DNA of 28,418 bases from Terriglobia bacterium. GTDB taxonomy: Bacteria; Acidobacteriota; Terriglobia; Acidiferrales; UBA7541. Under the pieces are notes generated by a model. That model was not told the DNA's origin, did no database searches, and saw nothing but the letters and a program-made list of their open reading frames with translations. Location of the stretch: contig JBGQJJ010000001.1 in assembly GCA_041498955.1 (NCBI GenBank), positions 1 through 28,418 on the forward strand. Reading direction: 5' to 3'. Both the position numbers and the translations under genes were made by a program. How positions within the stretch are numbered: position 1 is the stretch's first letter; each line of letters starts with the position of its first letter. Below are positions 8,823 to 19,326 of this stretch, one piece after another.

Positions 8823-10499
8823 CTAGGTTTGTAAAACGCCGGTCTTGAATTCTTTCACATCGGGATTTAATGCTGCCGCCTCTAACGCCCAAATCAAAGC
8901 CTCGCGTGTTTGCGCCGGATCCAGGATGGCATCGACCCACAGGCGCGCCGCGGCGTAGCGCGGATCGGTCTGATGTTCGTACGTGGCGAGGATGGACTCT
9001 TTTAATTCCTTCTTGTCCGCCTCGGAGAGCTTTTTTCCTTGGCGTTCGAGCTGTTTAATTTTGATCTCGACAAGAGTGGACGCAGCGGAATCGCCGCTCA
9101 TTACGGCGTAGCGCGCCGTGGGCCAGGCGAAAATGAATCGCGGGTCGTAGGCTTTGCCGCACATGGCGTAGTGGCCCGCGCCGAAACTTCCGCCGCAGAT
9201 CACCGTGATTTTCGGCACGACGCTATTCGAGACGGCGTTCACCATTTTTGCGCCCGCGCGGATGATTCCGCTCCACTCGGCTTCCTTGCCGACCATGAAT
9301 CCGTTGACGTCGTGCAGGAAAATCAGCGGCACGAGATTCTGGTTGCAGTCCATGATGAAACGCGCGGCCTTTTCCGCCGATTCGGTATAGATGACTCCGC
9401 CAAATTCGATGCGGCGCTCTCCCGTCGCGGCGTCGATCGTGGGGACATGCTTCTTGTTGTTGGCGACGATGCCAACGGCCCAGCCGCCGATTCGCGCGTA
9501 GCCGCAAAGCACGGTCTTGCCGTATTCCGCGCGGTACTCCTCGAATTTGCTGCCATCGACGATGCGCGCGATCACTTCGTGCATGTCGTATTGGCGCGCC
9601 GGGTCGGAAGAAAAAATGCCGTAGATTTCCTCGGGCGGGAACGACGGATTCTCGGATTCCTTGTAATCAAACCGCGCGGCTAGTGGATGCCCCATCTTGT
9701 CCACAAGAGCGCGGATGCGCGCGAGGCAAGACTCGTCGTCCGGCTCGCGAAAATCGACCGTGCCGCTGATTTCCGCGTGCATTTTCGCGCCGCCCAGCTC
9801 TTCGGCGGAAACTTTCTGCCCGATGGCCGCCTGCACGAGCGCCGGCCCCGCAAGGAAAAGTCCCGAACCTTCCGTCATCAGGATGTGATCGCACATCACA
9901 GGCAGATACGCTCCGCCCGCGACGCACATCCCCATGATGGCCGTGATTTGGGGAATGTGCATGGCGCTCATGACGGCGTTGTTGCGAAAGACGCGGCCGA
10001 AATCGTCGGTGTCGGGGAACACATCTTCTTGCAGCGGCAGAAAAACGCCTGCGGAATCGACCAGGTAAATCGTGGGAATGTGATTGTCAATGGAAATATT
10101 TTGCGCGCGAATCACTTTTTTCGCGGTGAGAGGGAAGAAAGCCCCGGCTTTCACTGTCGCGTCGTTGGCAATGATCATCACGAGACGCCCGCAGATTCGC
10201 GCGAGGCCCGTGATCGCTCCCGCGGCCGGCGCGCCGCCCCACTCTTCGTACATTTCGTGCGCGGCGTAAATTCCCAGCTCGAAAAACGAAGTGTGCGGAT
10301 CGATCAGCTTGGCGATGCGCTCGCGAGCGGTCAGGCGGCTCTTCTTGTGCTGCGCTTCGATGGCTTTCGCGCCGCCGCCCTGCTGGATCACGGTTTCCTG
10401 GTTCTTGATTTCGGTGAGGAGATCCACCATGCGGCGGGTATTCTTCTCGAAGTCGGGCGAGTTTCGGTTGACCTTGGTTTCAACGGCGGAACTCGTCAA
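8823..10499 (-). CDS. Acyl-CoA carboxylase carboxyltransferase subunit, probable 3-methylcrotonyl-CoA carboxylase beta (LiuB/MccB-like)
   Basis: LTARERIAKLIDP, ANDATVKAG, VDSAGVFLP, QIT..MGMCVAGGAY, GGSFGAGHYAMCG, ARLWVDAILDP; TTG start with GGAGGAG RBS; context with hmgL and the hydratase. Confidence 0.88.
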   Translation of the reverse strand: MTSSAVETKVNRNSPDFEKNTRRMVDLLTEIKNQETVIQQGGGAKAIEAQHKKSRLTARERIAKLIDPHTSFFELGIYAAHEMYEEWGGAPAAGAITGLARICGRLVMIIANDATVKAGAFFPLTAKKVIRAQNISIDNHIPTIYLVDSAGVFLPLQEDVFPDTDDFGRVFRNNAVMSAMHIPQITAIMGMCVAGGAYLPVMCDHILMTEGSGLFLAGPALVQAAIGQKVSAEELGGAKMHAEISGTVDFREPDDESCLARIRALVDKMGHPLAARFDYKESENPSFPPEEIYGIFSSDPARQYDMHEVIARIVDGSKFEEYRAEYGKTVLCGYARIGGWAVGIVANNKKHVPTIDAATGERRIEFGGVIYTESAEKAARFIMDCNQNLVPLIFLHDVNGFMVGKEAEWSGIIRAGAKMVNAVSNSVVPKITVICGGSFGAGHYAMCGKAYDPRFIFAWPTARYAVMSGDSAASTLVEIKIKQLERQGKKLSEADKKELKESILATYEHQTDPRYAAARLWVDAILDPAQTREALIWALEAAALNPDVKEFKTGVLQT

Positions 10500-10695
10500 G
10501 TGGAACTCCTCCAGACCTATTTCTCGATATTCACACTAAAGACGGCGAAGCGACAGTATAAGCCGATTTCCTCCGGTCCTGCATGGTTTGCGAAGTCCCG
10601 TGTCACCCAATCCACACAGGGATCGAACTCGCCGATAGTGAGAGGGTTACCGATAATGCCTCTTCTCGTGAGACAGGACGGAGTGTTTGCTGAGA

Positions 10696-11835
10696 TTAGA
10701 TTTTCAGAATTTTCGCCGCTGTTCCACCCAAGATCATCTTGCGCTGCTCTGAATTCAGGCGGAGTTCTTCGACGACTTCCACCGGGCGATCGTAGCCCAC
10801 GGGAAAGCAATAGTCGCTGCCCATCATGATTCGCTCGACGCCTACCTGCGAGATGATGTACTCCATCAGCGGCTTGGAATGCGCGATGGTGTCGTACATG
10901 AAGCGGTGCAGATACGCGCTGGGCGGTTGCGCGGAATGCTTGGCCGCGGGGATCGCGTTCCAGCCGTGGTCGAGCCGGCCAACGATATTTAGCAGCGCGC
11001 CGCCGGCGTGCGGCAGGACGATCAGGAGATTGGGATGGCGGTCGAGCACGCCGCCAAAGATGAGATGAGAGGCGGCGACCGTGGTGTCCAGCGGATAAGC
11101 AAGCAGGTTGGTAAGGGAAAGGGGCTGGAGCCGCTTGCCGCCGAGGATGGGCGGCAAAGGATGCAGAAAGACCGGGAGGCCGAGCGCCTCGATTCGTGTG
11201 AATATCGGCTCGAACAGCGGATCGTCGAGGTCGCGCCCTTCGATATTCGTGCCCATGTAAACGCCGCGCACTCCTGGGAGCTTGCTCACGCGGTTGAGTT
11301 CGTCAAGGGCGCGGTCGGGATCGAGCATGGGCAGAGTCGCGAGGACCACGAACCTGTCGGGATTGGCCTGGTGCGCCGCGACCGCGGCGTCGTTCCAGGT
11401 GCTGGCGAGCTTGTGCGAGAATTCGCCCTCCGCCCAATAAACCATCGGGCCGGTGAGCGACAGGGCTTGGACGGCCACGCCTTGTGCGTGCATGTCGGCC
11501 AGGCGCTGCTTCAGGTCGATGAATTTCGCTGGCAACGGGCCGTTCGATTCCGCGGGAGTTTTGAAGAAGAAGCCTTGCTCGGTCATGCGAAACTCGGCGT
11601 TGTAACGCTGGCCTTCGGAATTGAATAGATCGAGGTAGGTCTGGGGAAAATAATGGGCGTGAATGTCGATCGGGCGCGCTCCGGTCGTTTTGAGCGCGGA
11701 GGGTACGGCAGGTTCAGCGAGCAGCGTATCGCTCACGCCGCTCATCGAGCTTACTGCTGCCGCGGCAAGCCCTCCTTGCAGAACTCTTCGGCGCGATACT
11801 CCATGATTGCAACCGCACACTGCGTCTTTCTTCAT
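10696..11835 (-). CDS. Amidohydrolase_2 family protein (ACMSD/LigW-like metal-dependent decarboxylase/hydrolase) with Tat signal
   Basis: SRRRVLQGG twin-arginine motif plus hydrophobic stretch; DIHAH, FLHP, PHAGG, MGSDY metal-site motifs. Confidence 0.85.
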   Translation of the reverse strand: MKKDAVCGCNHGVSRRRVLQGGLAAAAVSSMSGVSDTLLAEPAVPSALKTTGARPIDIHAHYFPQTYLDLFNSEGQRYNAEFRMTEQGFFFKTPAESNGPLPAKFIDLKQRLADMHAQGVAVQALSLTGPMVYWAEGEFSHKLASTWNDAAVAAHQANPDRFVVLATLPMLDPDRALDELNRVSKLPGVRGVYMGTNIEGRDLDDPLFEPIFTRIEALGLPVFLHPLPPILGGKRLQPLSLTNLLAYPLDTTVAASHLIFGGVLDRHPNLLIVLPHAGGALLNIVGRLDHGWNAIPAAKHSAQPPSAYLHRFMYDTIAHSKPLMEYIISQVGVERIMMGSDYCFPVGYDRPVEVVEELRLNSEQRKMILGGTAAKILKI

Positions 11836-11951
11836 GGCATAGTCCTTTTAGGAACAGGAATCTCCGATTTGGATGGGTCTCGCGAATCGTACGCTTTTCC
11901 TGCGCTGGGCACAACGAACATGCCTTCAAAGGCCTCAGGCACAGCAGGTTT

Positions 11952-12017
11952 CCTGGGAACGCCAATCTCCCGATTGGCGTTGCGCAAACCGCCAATCGGG
12001 AGATTGGCGTTCCCGGG
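11952..12017. repeat. REP doublet, CC(C/T)GGGAA class
   Basis: Arms 11952-11979 and 11990-12017, near-identical to those at 5918-5985; spacer TTGCGCAAAC. Confidence 0.9.
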
Positions 12018-12115
12018 TTTCAAAGGTATCTTAATAATGTTTTGCGATGCGATGCAGCCGAATGACCGCAAATTGCGTCTGATACAGGGTGGGACAATCG
12101 TTGAGGAGAGTCGGA

Positions 12116-14992
12116 ATGAATTCCGCGCTACGCAGCCGTTTGCTGATCTTGTGCCTTTCCATCGCTGTCGCGACGCTATCGGTTTTCAGCCAGGAGACGG
12201 CGAAGAAGACGCCGCTCAAAAAGGTTCCAGTGAACGTAGCCTCTCCCTCCGCGGGAACATCCGCGGAAATCGCGCTGCCCACCATAAGGTTTGAGAAATA
12301 CACGTTGCCGAACGGCCTTGTCGTGATCCTGTCCGAAGATCATCGCCTGCCCCTCGTCTCCACGAATATCTGGTACCACGTTGGCCCGGCCAACGAAGTG
12401 CCCGGGCGCACCGGCTTCGCTCACCTCTTCGAGCACATGATGTTCGAGGGCTCGAAGCATGTTCCAGGAAACTCCCACATTCGCTTCCTGGAGGCGGCCG
12501 GCGCTTCCGACTTGAATGGCACGACCGATTTTGACCGCACGAATTATTTTGAAACGCTCCCCTCGAATCAACTGGAGCTCGCGCTGTGGCTCGAATCCGA
12601 CCGCATGGGGTATCTACCTGACAAGCTGGACCAGGCCAGCCTGACGAACCAGCAGGACGTCGTGCGCAACGAGCGCCGCCAGAGTATTGAGAACAGCCCT
12701 TACGGGATCGTGGAAGAAGGCATGTTTCACCTGCTCTTTCCGAAGAGCCATCCGTATCATGCCGATGTGATGGGCTCGCACGCGGATATCCAGGCGGCGA
12801 AACTGGAAGACGTGCGCAATTTTTTCAAGCTCTACTACGCGCCTAATAATGCGAGCCTGGCCATCGTCGGCGATTTTGATCCGGCGCAGGCCAAGCAGTA
12901 TGTCGAAAAGTATTTTGGGCCGCTGAAGCGCGGCGCGCCCGTGCCGAAGATTTCCGCTGTAACTCCGCCCATCCCTTCCGAGCGCCGCGCGATCATCCAC
13001 GATCAGGTGGAACTGCCGCGCGTGTATATGGCCTGGCTGACGTCTTCTATTTTCAAGTCGGGTGATGCGGACGCCGATCTGGCATCGGAAATTCTCGGGG
13101 GAGGGAAGTCGAGCCGCCTCTACAAGAAATTAGTCTACGAAAAACAGATTGCATTGGACGTCAGCGCGTCGCAGCAATCGTTGACTCTCGGGTCGATCTT
13201 CGAAATTGTGGTTACGGCGCGGCCCGGGCACACGGCCGGCGAAATGGAGAAAGCGGTTGACGAAGAGCTGGCTGCGTTCCGCAAGAGCGGCCCCAGTGCC
13301 GTCGAACTCGAGCGCGCGCGAAACGGAATTGAAACAGGAATGATTCAGGGACTCGAACGGCTGGGCGGATTCGGAGGCGTGGCGGACCGCTTGAACGAGT
13401 ACAACCACTATCTTGGGAATCCCGGCTACTTCCCGCAGGACGTGAATCGCTACCAATCGGCTACAACGGATTCGATCCGCGCCTTCGCGGTGGCGCAACT
13501 GAAGCCGGCCGCGCGCGCCGTCGTCTTCGGAATCCCCGGCAAGCCGGATCTTGGTCCGGATGTGCCCACGCCCAAAAATCAGCAGAAGGGCCAGAGCACG
13601 GGCGGGGAATCGGTCAATCCCGACGCGGCCTGGCGCAAGAATCCTCCAAAGCCCGGGGAGATGCACGCACTGAATCTTCCCGTCCCCGATATTTTCAAGC
13701 TTTCAAACGGGTTGACCGTTTATTACCACTACCGCCCCGGCCTTCCCGTGGCGGCGGCGAATCTTGTTTTCAATACGGGCAGCGGAGCGAATCCCGTCGA
13801 GAAGCCGGGCCTGGCGAGTTTTACCGCGAATATGTTGCAGCAGGGAACGGAAACGCGGAACGCCATACAGATTGCCGACGAAGCGGCGCTCCTCGGTACT
13901 GCGCTTTCTTCCGGCGCGAGCATGGATTCGTCCAGCGTAGGCGCGAGCTCGCTCACCAAGAATTTCCCCGGAGTTCTCGATCTGATTTCGGACATTGTCT
14001 TGCATCCGACGTTTCCGCCGGACGAAGTGGAGCGCCGTCGCGCATCGCGTCTGGCCGCGTTCACGGATGAGCGGTCCGACCCTGAGACCATCGTCTCCCG
14101 GACCGGCGTGTCCGCGCTCTTCGGGCCGCACAATCCGTTTGGGTATGACAATTCGGGCACGGAGCCTTCGATCAAGGCGATGACGCGCCAAGACATGATG
14201 AATTTCTGGAAAACAAATTACGTGCCGAACAACGCGGCCCTGGTAGTTTCCGGCAATATTCCTGTCGACGATTTGAGGGCTCTGGCCGAGAGCAAGTTTG
14301 GCGCGTGGAAGAGCGGGGAGTTTTCGGTGCCGCCGATCGGCGCTCCCGAAACCACCAAGGCCAAAATCGTCATCGTGGACCGGCCCGGCGCGCAGCAGAC
14401 CATGGTGCGCTTGCTGCAACTCGGAGTCGACCGAGCGACGCCCGACTATCCCGCGCTGGAAGTGATGAATTCCGAACTGGGCGGTCTTTTTTCGAGCCGT
14501 ATCAATCTGAACCTTCGTGAGGAGCATGGATACACGTACGGCGCGAGTTCTGTTTTTGTGTACCGGCGCTCGCTTGGATATTTCGCCGCCGGAGGCGGCA
14601 TCCGGACCGACGCCACGGCGCCCGCCGTGACAGAAATCCTCAAGGAAATTCATCGGATGATGGACACATCGATGAAACCCGACGAACTCGCCCTGGCGAA
14701 AGATTCCCAATCGCGTTCCTTGCCGGGACTTTTTGAATCGAATAGCGGCGAAGCGGGCGCGCTCTCCGAAATTTTCGTGTACAACCTGGCGCGCGACTAT
14801 TTCTCCAGCTTGCCGGACCGGTTGAATGCCGTGACCGCGGAGGACGCGCAGGCAGTTGCGAAGAAATACCTGCACCCCGACCAGCTGATTTTGGTTTGCG
14901 TCGGCGATCGCGCCAAGATCGGGCCGGAACTTCTGAAGCTCGACCTCGGCGTCGTTGAAATACGGGACGCTGACGGAAACGTGGTGAAGTAG
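12116..14992 (+). CDS. Secreted M16 (pitrilysin/insulinase-family) zinc peptidase, fused four-domain form
   Basis: GAGGAG RBS, ATG 12116, signal peptide; inverted zincin motif GFAHLFEHMMF, NGTT, LWLESDRM; C-half lacks HxxEH but has the R/Y pair (LREEHGYTYG). Confidence 0.92.
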   Translation: MNSALRSRLLILCLSIAVATLSVFSQETAKKTPLKKVPVNVASPSAGTSAEIALPTIRFEKYTLPNGLVVILSEDHRLPLVSTNIWYHVGPANEVPGRTGFAHLFEHMMFEGSKHVPGNSHIRFLEAAGASDLNGTTDFDRTNYFETLPSNQLELALWLESDRMGYLPDKLDQASLTNQQDVVRNERRQSIENSPYGIVEEGMFHLLFPKSHPYHADVMGSHADIQAAKLEDVRNFFKLYYAPNNASLAIVGDFDPAQAKQYVEKYFGPLKRGAPVPKISAVTPPIPSERRAIIHDQVELPRVYMAWLTSSIFKSGDADADLASEILGGGKSSRLYKKLVYEKQIALDVSASQQSLTLGSIFEIVVTARPGHTAGEMEKAVDEELAAFRKSGPSAVELERARNGIETGMIQGLERLGGFGGVADRLNEYNHYLGNPGYFPQDVNRYQSATTDSIRAFAVAQLKPAARAVVFGIPGKPDLGPDVPTPKNQQKGQSTGGESVNPDAAWRKNPPKPGEMHALNLPVPDIFKLSNGLTVYYHYRPGLPVAAANLVFNTGSGANPVEKPGLASFTANMLQQGTETRNAIQIADEAALLGTALSSGASMDSSSVGASSLTKNFPGVLDLISDIVLHPTFPPDEVERRRASRLAAFTDERSDPETIVSRTGVSALFGPHNPFGYDNSGTEPSIKAMTRQDMMNFWKTNYVPNNAALVVSGNIPVDDLRALAESKFGAWKSGEFSVPPIGAPETTKAKIVIVDRPGAQQTMVRLLQLGVDRATPDYPALEVMNSELGGLFSSRINLNLREEHGYTYGASSVFVYRRSLGYFAAGGGIRTDATAPAVTEILKEIHRMMDTSMKPDELALAKDSQSRSLPGLFESNSGEAGALSEIFVYNLARDYFSSLPDRLNAVTAEDAQAVAKKYLHPDQLILVCVGDRAKIGPELLKLDLGVVEIRDADGNVVK

Positions 14993-15064
14993 GACAGGCT
15001 TCAGCCTGTCTGCTTTTGCGACCGTTCCCCAATGAAAAGAGCGACAGGCTGAAGCCTGTCCTAC
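14989..15064. repeat. REP doublet, GTAG foot, TTCA loop, overlapping both convergent stop codons
   Basis: GTAGGACAGGCTTCAGCCTGTC at 14989-15010 and exact inverted copy at 15043-15064. Confidence 0.9.
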
Positions 15065-15462
15065 TTTCGCGTGGCGCGCTCCCGAACGAAGTCCACAATG
15101 TTTTGCGTGGACGTGCCGGGAAGAAAAATTTCGGCCACACCCGCCTTCTTCAAGCCGGCAATATCGGCTTCCGGGATCGTTCCCCCCAGGAGCACAATCA
15201 CATCGTTCATTCCTTTTTGTTTGAGCAGGTCCAGCAACTGCGGTACGAGGGTGTTGTGCGCTCCGGAAAGAATCGATAGGCCGATCACATCGACGTCTTC
15301 CTGAACCGCGGCGGAGGCGATCATCTCCGGCGTCTGGCGCAAGCCGGTGTAAATCACTTCCATGCCGGCGTCGCGCAAGGCGCGGGCGATAATCTTCGCT
15401 CCCCGGTCGTGGCCATCCAACCCGGGTTTTGCAATCAGGACTCGTATTCTTTGCTCAGGCAT
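15061..15462 (-). CDS. Cobalamin-binding small subunit of acyl-CoA mutase (IcmB/MutB-C-terminal type)
   Basis: DxHxxG motif (LDGHDRG), [20 protein letters not shown] and F.PG motifs; GGAGG RBS. Confidence 0.92.
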   Translation of the reverse strand: MPEQRIRVLIAKPGLDGHDRGAKIIARALRDAGMEVIYTGLRQTPEMIASAAVQEDVDVIGLSILSGAHNTLVPQLLDLLKQKGMNDVIVLLGGTIPEADIAGLKKAGVAEIFLPGTSTQNIVDFVRERATRK

Positions 15463-15485
15463 TTGCCTCCAAAATGGCTGCAGTT

Positions 15486-17159
<1,674 letters not shown>

Positions 17160-17186
17160 AGAAAATCCATGCCTGAGCGCAGCTTG

Positions 17187-17215
17187 ATTCTAGGCGAAGC
17201 GGCAGGGTGGGACAA
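17187..17215 (-). promoter_or_regulatory. Candidate sigma70 promoter for the mutase operon
   Basis: Minus strand TTGTCC-N17-TAGAAT, 28 nt upstream of the first possible start. Confidence 0.6.
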
Positions 17216-17254
17216 GGCGGATCGAGAATGGAGTTACCGCTGCCTGGCGGCGAT

Positions 17255-17321
17255 CCCGGGAACGCCATTCTCCTGAATGGCGTTCGTGCAAACCGCCAAT
17301 CGGGAGATTGGCGGTCCCGGG
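17255..17321. repeat. REP doublet, CC(C/T)GGGAA class, variant arm
   Basis: CCCGGGAACGCCATTCTCCTGAATGGCG ... CGCCAATCGGGAGATTGGCGGTCCCGGG; downstream of the TolC-family stop. Confidence 0.85.
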
Positions 17322-17340
17322 TTCGGAGTCCGAAAAATAT

Positions 17341-19326
17341 CTATTGGCCGTTGCCGGCGCCCGAAGGACGGGTGGATGCCGCCGGAGCCGCGTCCGATGG
17401 CTTCACGTGATCTACGAACAATTGCCCGGTCACCGAAGTGCCCGGGATCAGGGTGTCCTTTGCAGGACGGCCGGACTTGGCATCGGCGATGGTGATGTTA
17501 TAGACCTCGAGCGTGCGGGCCATGGCGCGGTCAAAGTTCACTTTACCTTCCACGAGGTTGACGCGCGCTCGAACCTCGGCAGATTCGGCCGCGGCCAAAG
17601 TGTTTTGGTCTGACACGATATTGAACAGCGTGGAAGCGCCGACCTGTAATTTCTTTTGCTCGGCATCCATGGTTTGCTGATCGAGGTCGCGAGTCTTGAT
17701 CGCCGCGGCCAGGGTGATGCGCGCCTGCTCCAGCGTAATTTGCGCGTTGTGAACATCGGTGGCGGCGTTATTCACGATTTGTTGGTAGTTGGCCTGGTCC
17801 GAACGCGCAGTCAATGTCGCGATGACGTTGTTGGCTTGCGCCGCGCGATTGCGAATCGGAATCGTCAGGTTGATCGCCGCATTGTATTCCGGAAAGGCGC
17901 CGGTAAACTCCTGATTCAGGGCTGTTGCCAATCCCGTGAAAATCTGCGGGGGAGGGGTGCATGTCGTCGCGGGTGGGATGGGCGTGCAAGTTGTTATCAG
18001 CTTGGAGTTGCCCGAAAGTCCCTCGGTAGCATATTCACCGGATAAAGTCAGGACGGGAAGCAACGCGTTCTTGGTGGCGCGGACGTTGATGTCGTCTCCC
18101 TTGATTTGGAGCCCCGCCTGCAACACGTCAGGCCGCTTTGTAATGGCTTCCTTGATCAAGTCTTCCAGAGGGATTTTTTCAACTTCGGGCGGCGCCACGT
18201 CCGCAGCGTCCGTGGGGATAATCTCGGCCGTGCGCAAGATGGGAGAATTCGGGTCCTTGGAGATCAAGTTCATAAGTGTGAGCTGATCCTGAAGGACTGT
18301 GGTCTGCGCAACGATTAAGGCCTGCTGAGCGGTCGCGAGCTGTGCCTCGGCCTGGACGATTTCCAGGGGGGCAAGAGTGCCGACATCCACCTGCTTCTTA
18401 TTGTCGCTGTAGGTTTTGTCCGCCAGTGCAATTTCCTCACGCGCCACCTCCACGTTGCCGCGCGCAAATACGAGTTCCCAATACGCGTTGCCGACTGCGG
18501 TGATCGAAGTGATCACCTGCTGCATGAGAGTCTGGTCGGCGATGTTCTTGTTCACCTTTGCGATCCGGATGAAATGCTCATTGGCAAGCAGTCCGAAACC
18601 GTTCAGCAACTGCTGGCTGGCGACAAAGATGAAATTGGATTGCACGAACGGGCTGAAGAAGGTATTGGCGCTGGAAGAGGATCCGCGCAAGTTATTGAAT
18701 GTAGCTGAAAAGGAAGTACCTGTGTGAAACCCTTGTGTATACGCCAAGTCGCCAATCGTCGCATGCGTATTCAACTGGGCAAGAATCCCCGTACTCGTTC
18801 CGGTGCCAGCAGTCAGTCCGTTATTCGCCGTAATCGTCCTCTGATCCATGCTGAAAGTCGAAGTGACTTGCGGATCGAAATTCAGCGCTGGGATGGTCCC
18901 GAGCGCGCCTACCGGCCCTGATGTGGGGGCGCCGCCACTGAGCGTATGAAGGATGCTGGCTTCGGCGATCCAGGGAATGTATCGCTCGATTACGATCGCC
19001 AAATTGTTCTGAAGGGCGAGGTCCACGGCGTCCTGCAGGCTGATGCGCAGTTGGCCGTTCTGGACCATTTGCTCGATGCGCGGCGCATTCGTCAAAATAG
19101 GCTCAGGCACGGGCGTGGGGGTATAGGGGGCCAGGATACTGGGGTACCATCGTTTGCCGAAGGTGTAGTTCTGATTGGACACCTGGATCGCGCGGCTGGG
19201 AGGCTGAGCCTGCGCGGGCGGCGGGGCTTCTCCCTGTTGTTGCGCGAAAACGGGTGCGACGGGACCTAAAGCTATAAGTACGGCCAAAAATAGAGCGAAT
19301 GAGACATGGCAAAACCTTCCAATCAT
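17341..19326 (-). CDS. TolC-family outer membrane efflux protein
   Basis: Signal peptide, ISLQDAVDLALQNN, two OEP-like repeats (YWELVFARG...KKQVDVGTLAPLEIVQAE; EQKKLQVGASTLFNIV); GGAGAGG RBS. Confidence 0.85.
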   Translation of the reverse strand: MIGRFCHVSFALFLAVLIALGPVAPVFAQQQGEAPPPAQAQPPSRAIQVSNQNYTFGKRWYPSILAPYTPTPVPEPILTNAPRIEQMVQNGQLRISLQDAVDLALQNNLAIVIERYIPWIAEASILHTLSGGAPTSGPVGALGTIPALNFDPQVTSTFSMDQRTITANNGLTAGTGTSTGILAQLNTHATIGDLAYTQGFHTGTSFSATFNNLRGSSSSANTFFSPFVQSNFIFVASQQLLNGFGLLANEHFIRIAKVNKNIADQTLMQQVITSITAVGNAYWELVFARGNVEVAREEIALADKTYSDNKKQVDVGTLAPLEIVQAEAQLATAQQALIVAQTTVLQDQLTLMNLISKDPNSPILRTAEIIPTDAADVAPPEVEKIPLEDLIKEAITKRPDVLQAGLQIKGDDINVRATKNALLPVLTLSGEYATEGLSGNSKLITTCTPIPPATTCTPPPQIFTGLATALNQEFTGAFPEYNAAINLTIPIRNRAAQANNVIATLTARSDQANYQQIVNNAATDVHNAQITLEQARITLAAAIKTRDLDQQTMDAEQKKLQVGASTLFNIVSDQNTLAAAESAEVRARVNLVEGKVNFDRAMARTLEVYNITIADAKSGRPAKDTLIPGTSVTGQLFVDHVKPSDAAPAASTRPSGAGNGQ

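Noticed and set aside
11851-11872. Degenerate relic of the CC(C/T)GGGAA REP class
   Set aside because: Only partial similarity (GGAAC..AATCTCCGATTTGG) and the hairpin is broken.
12085-12097. 13-bp exact repeat CAGGGTGGGACAA shared with 17203-17215
   Set aside because: At 17203 it is part of a plausible -35 region, but here no -10 is found at 16-18 nt; two copies of a 13-mer are within reach of chance.
17160-17340. Cobalamin riboswitch upstream of the B12 mutase
   Set aside because: The space is explained by a sigma70-like promoter and a REP doublet; no B12-box seen.
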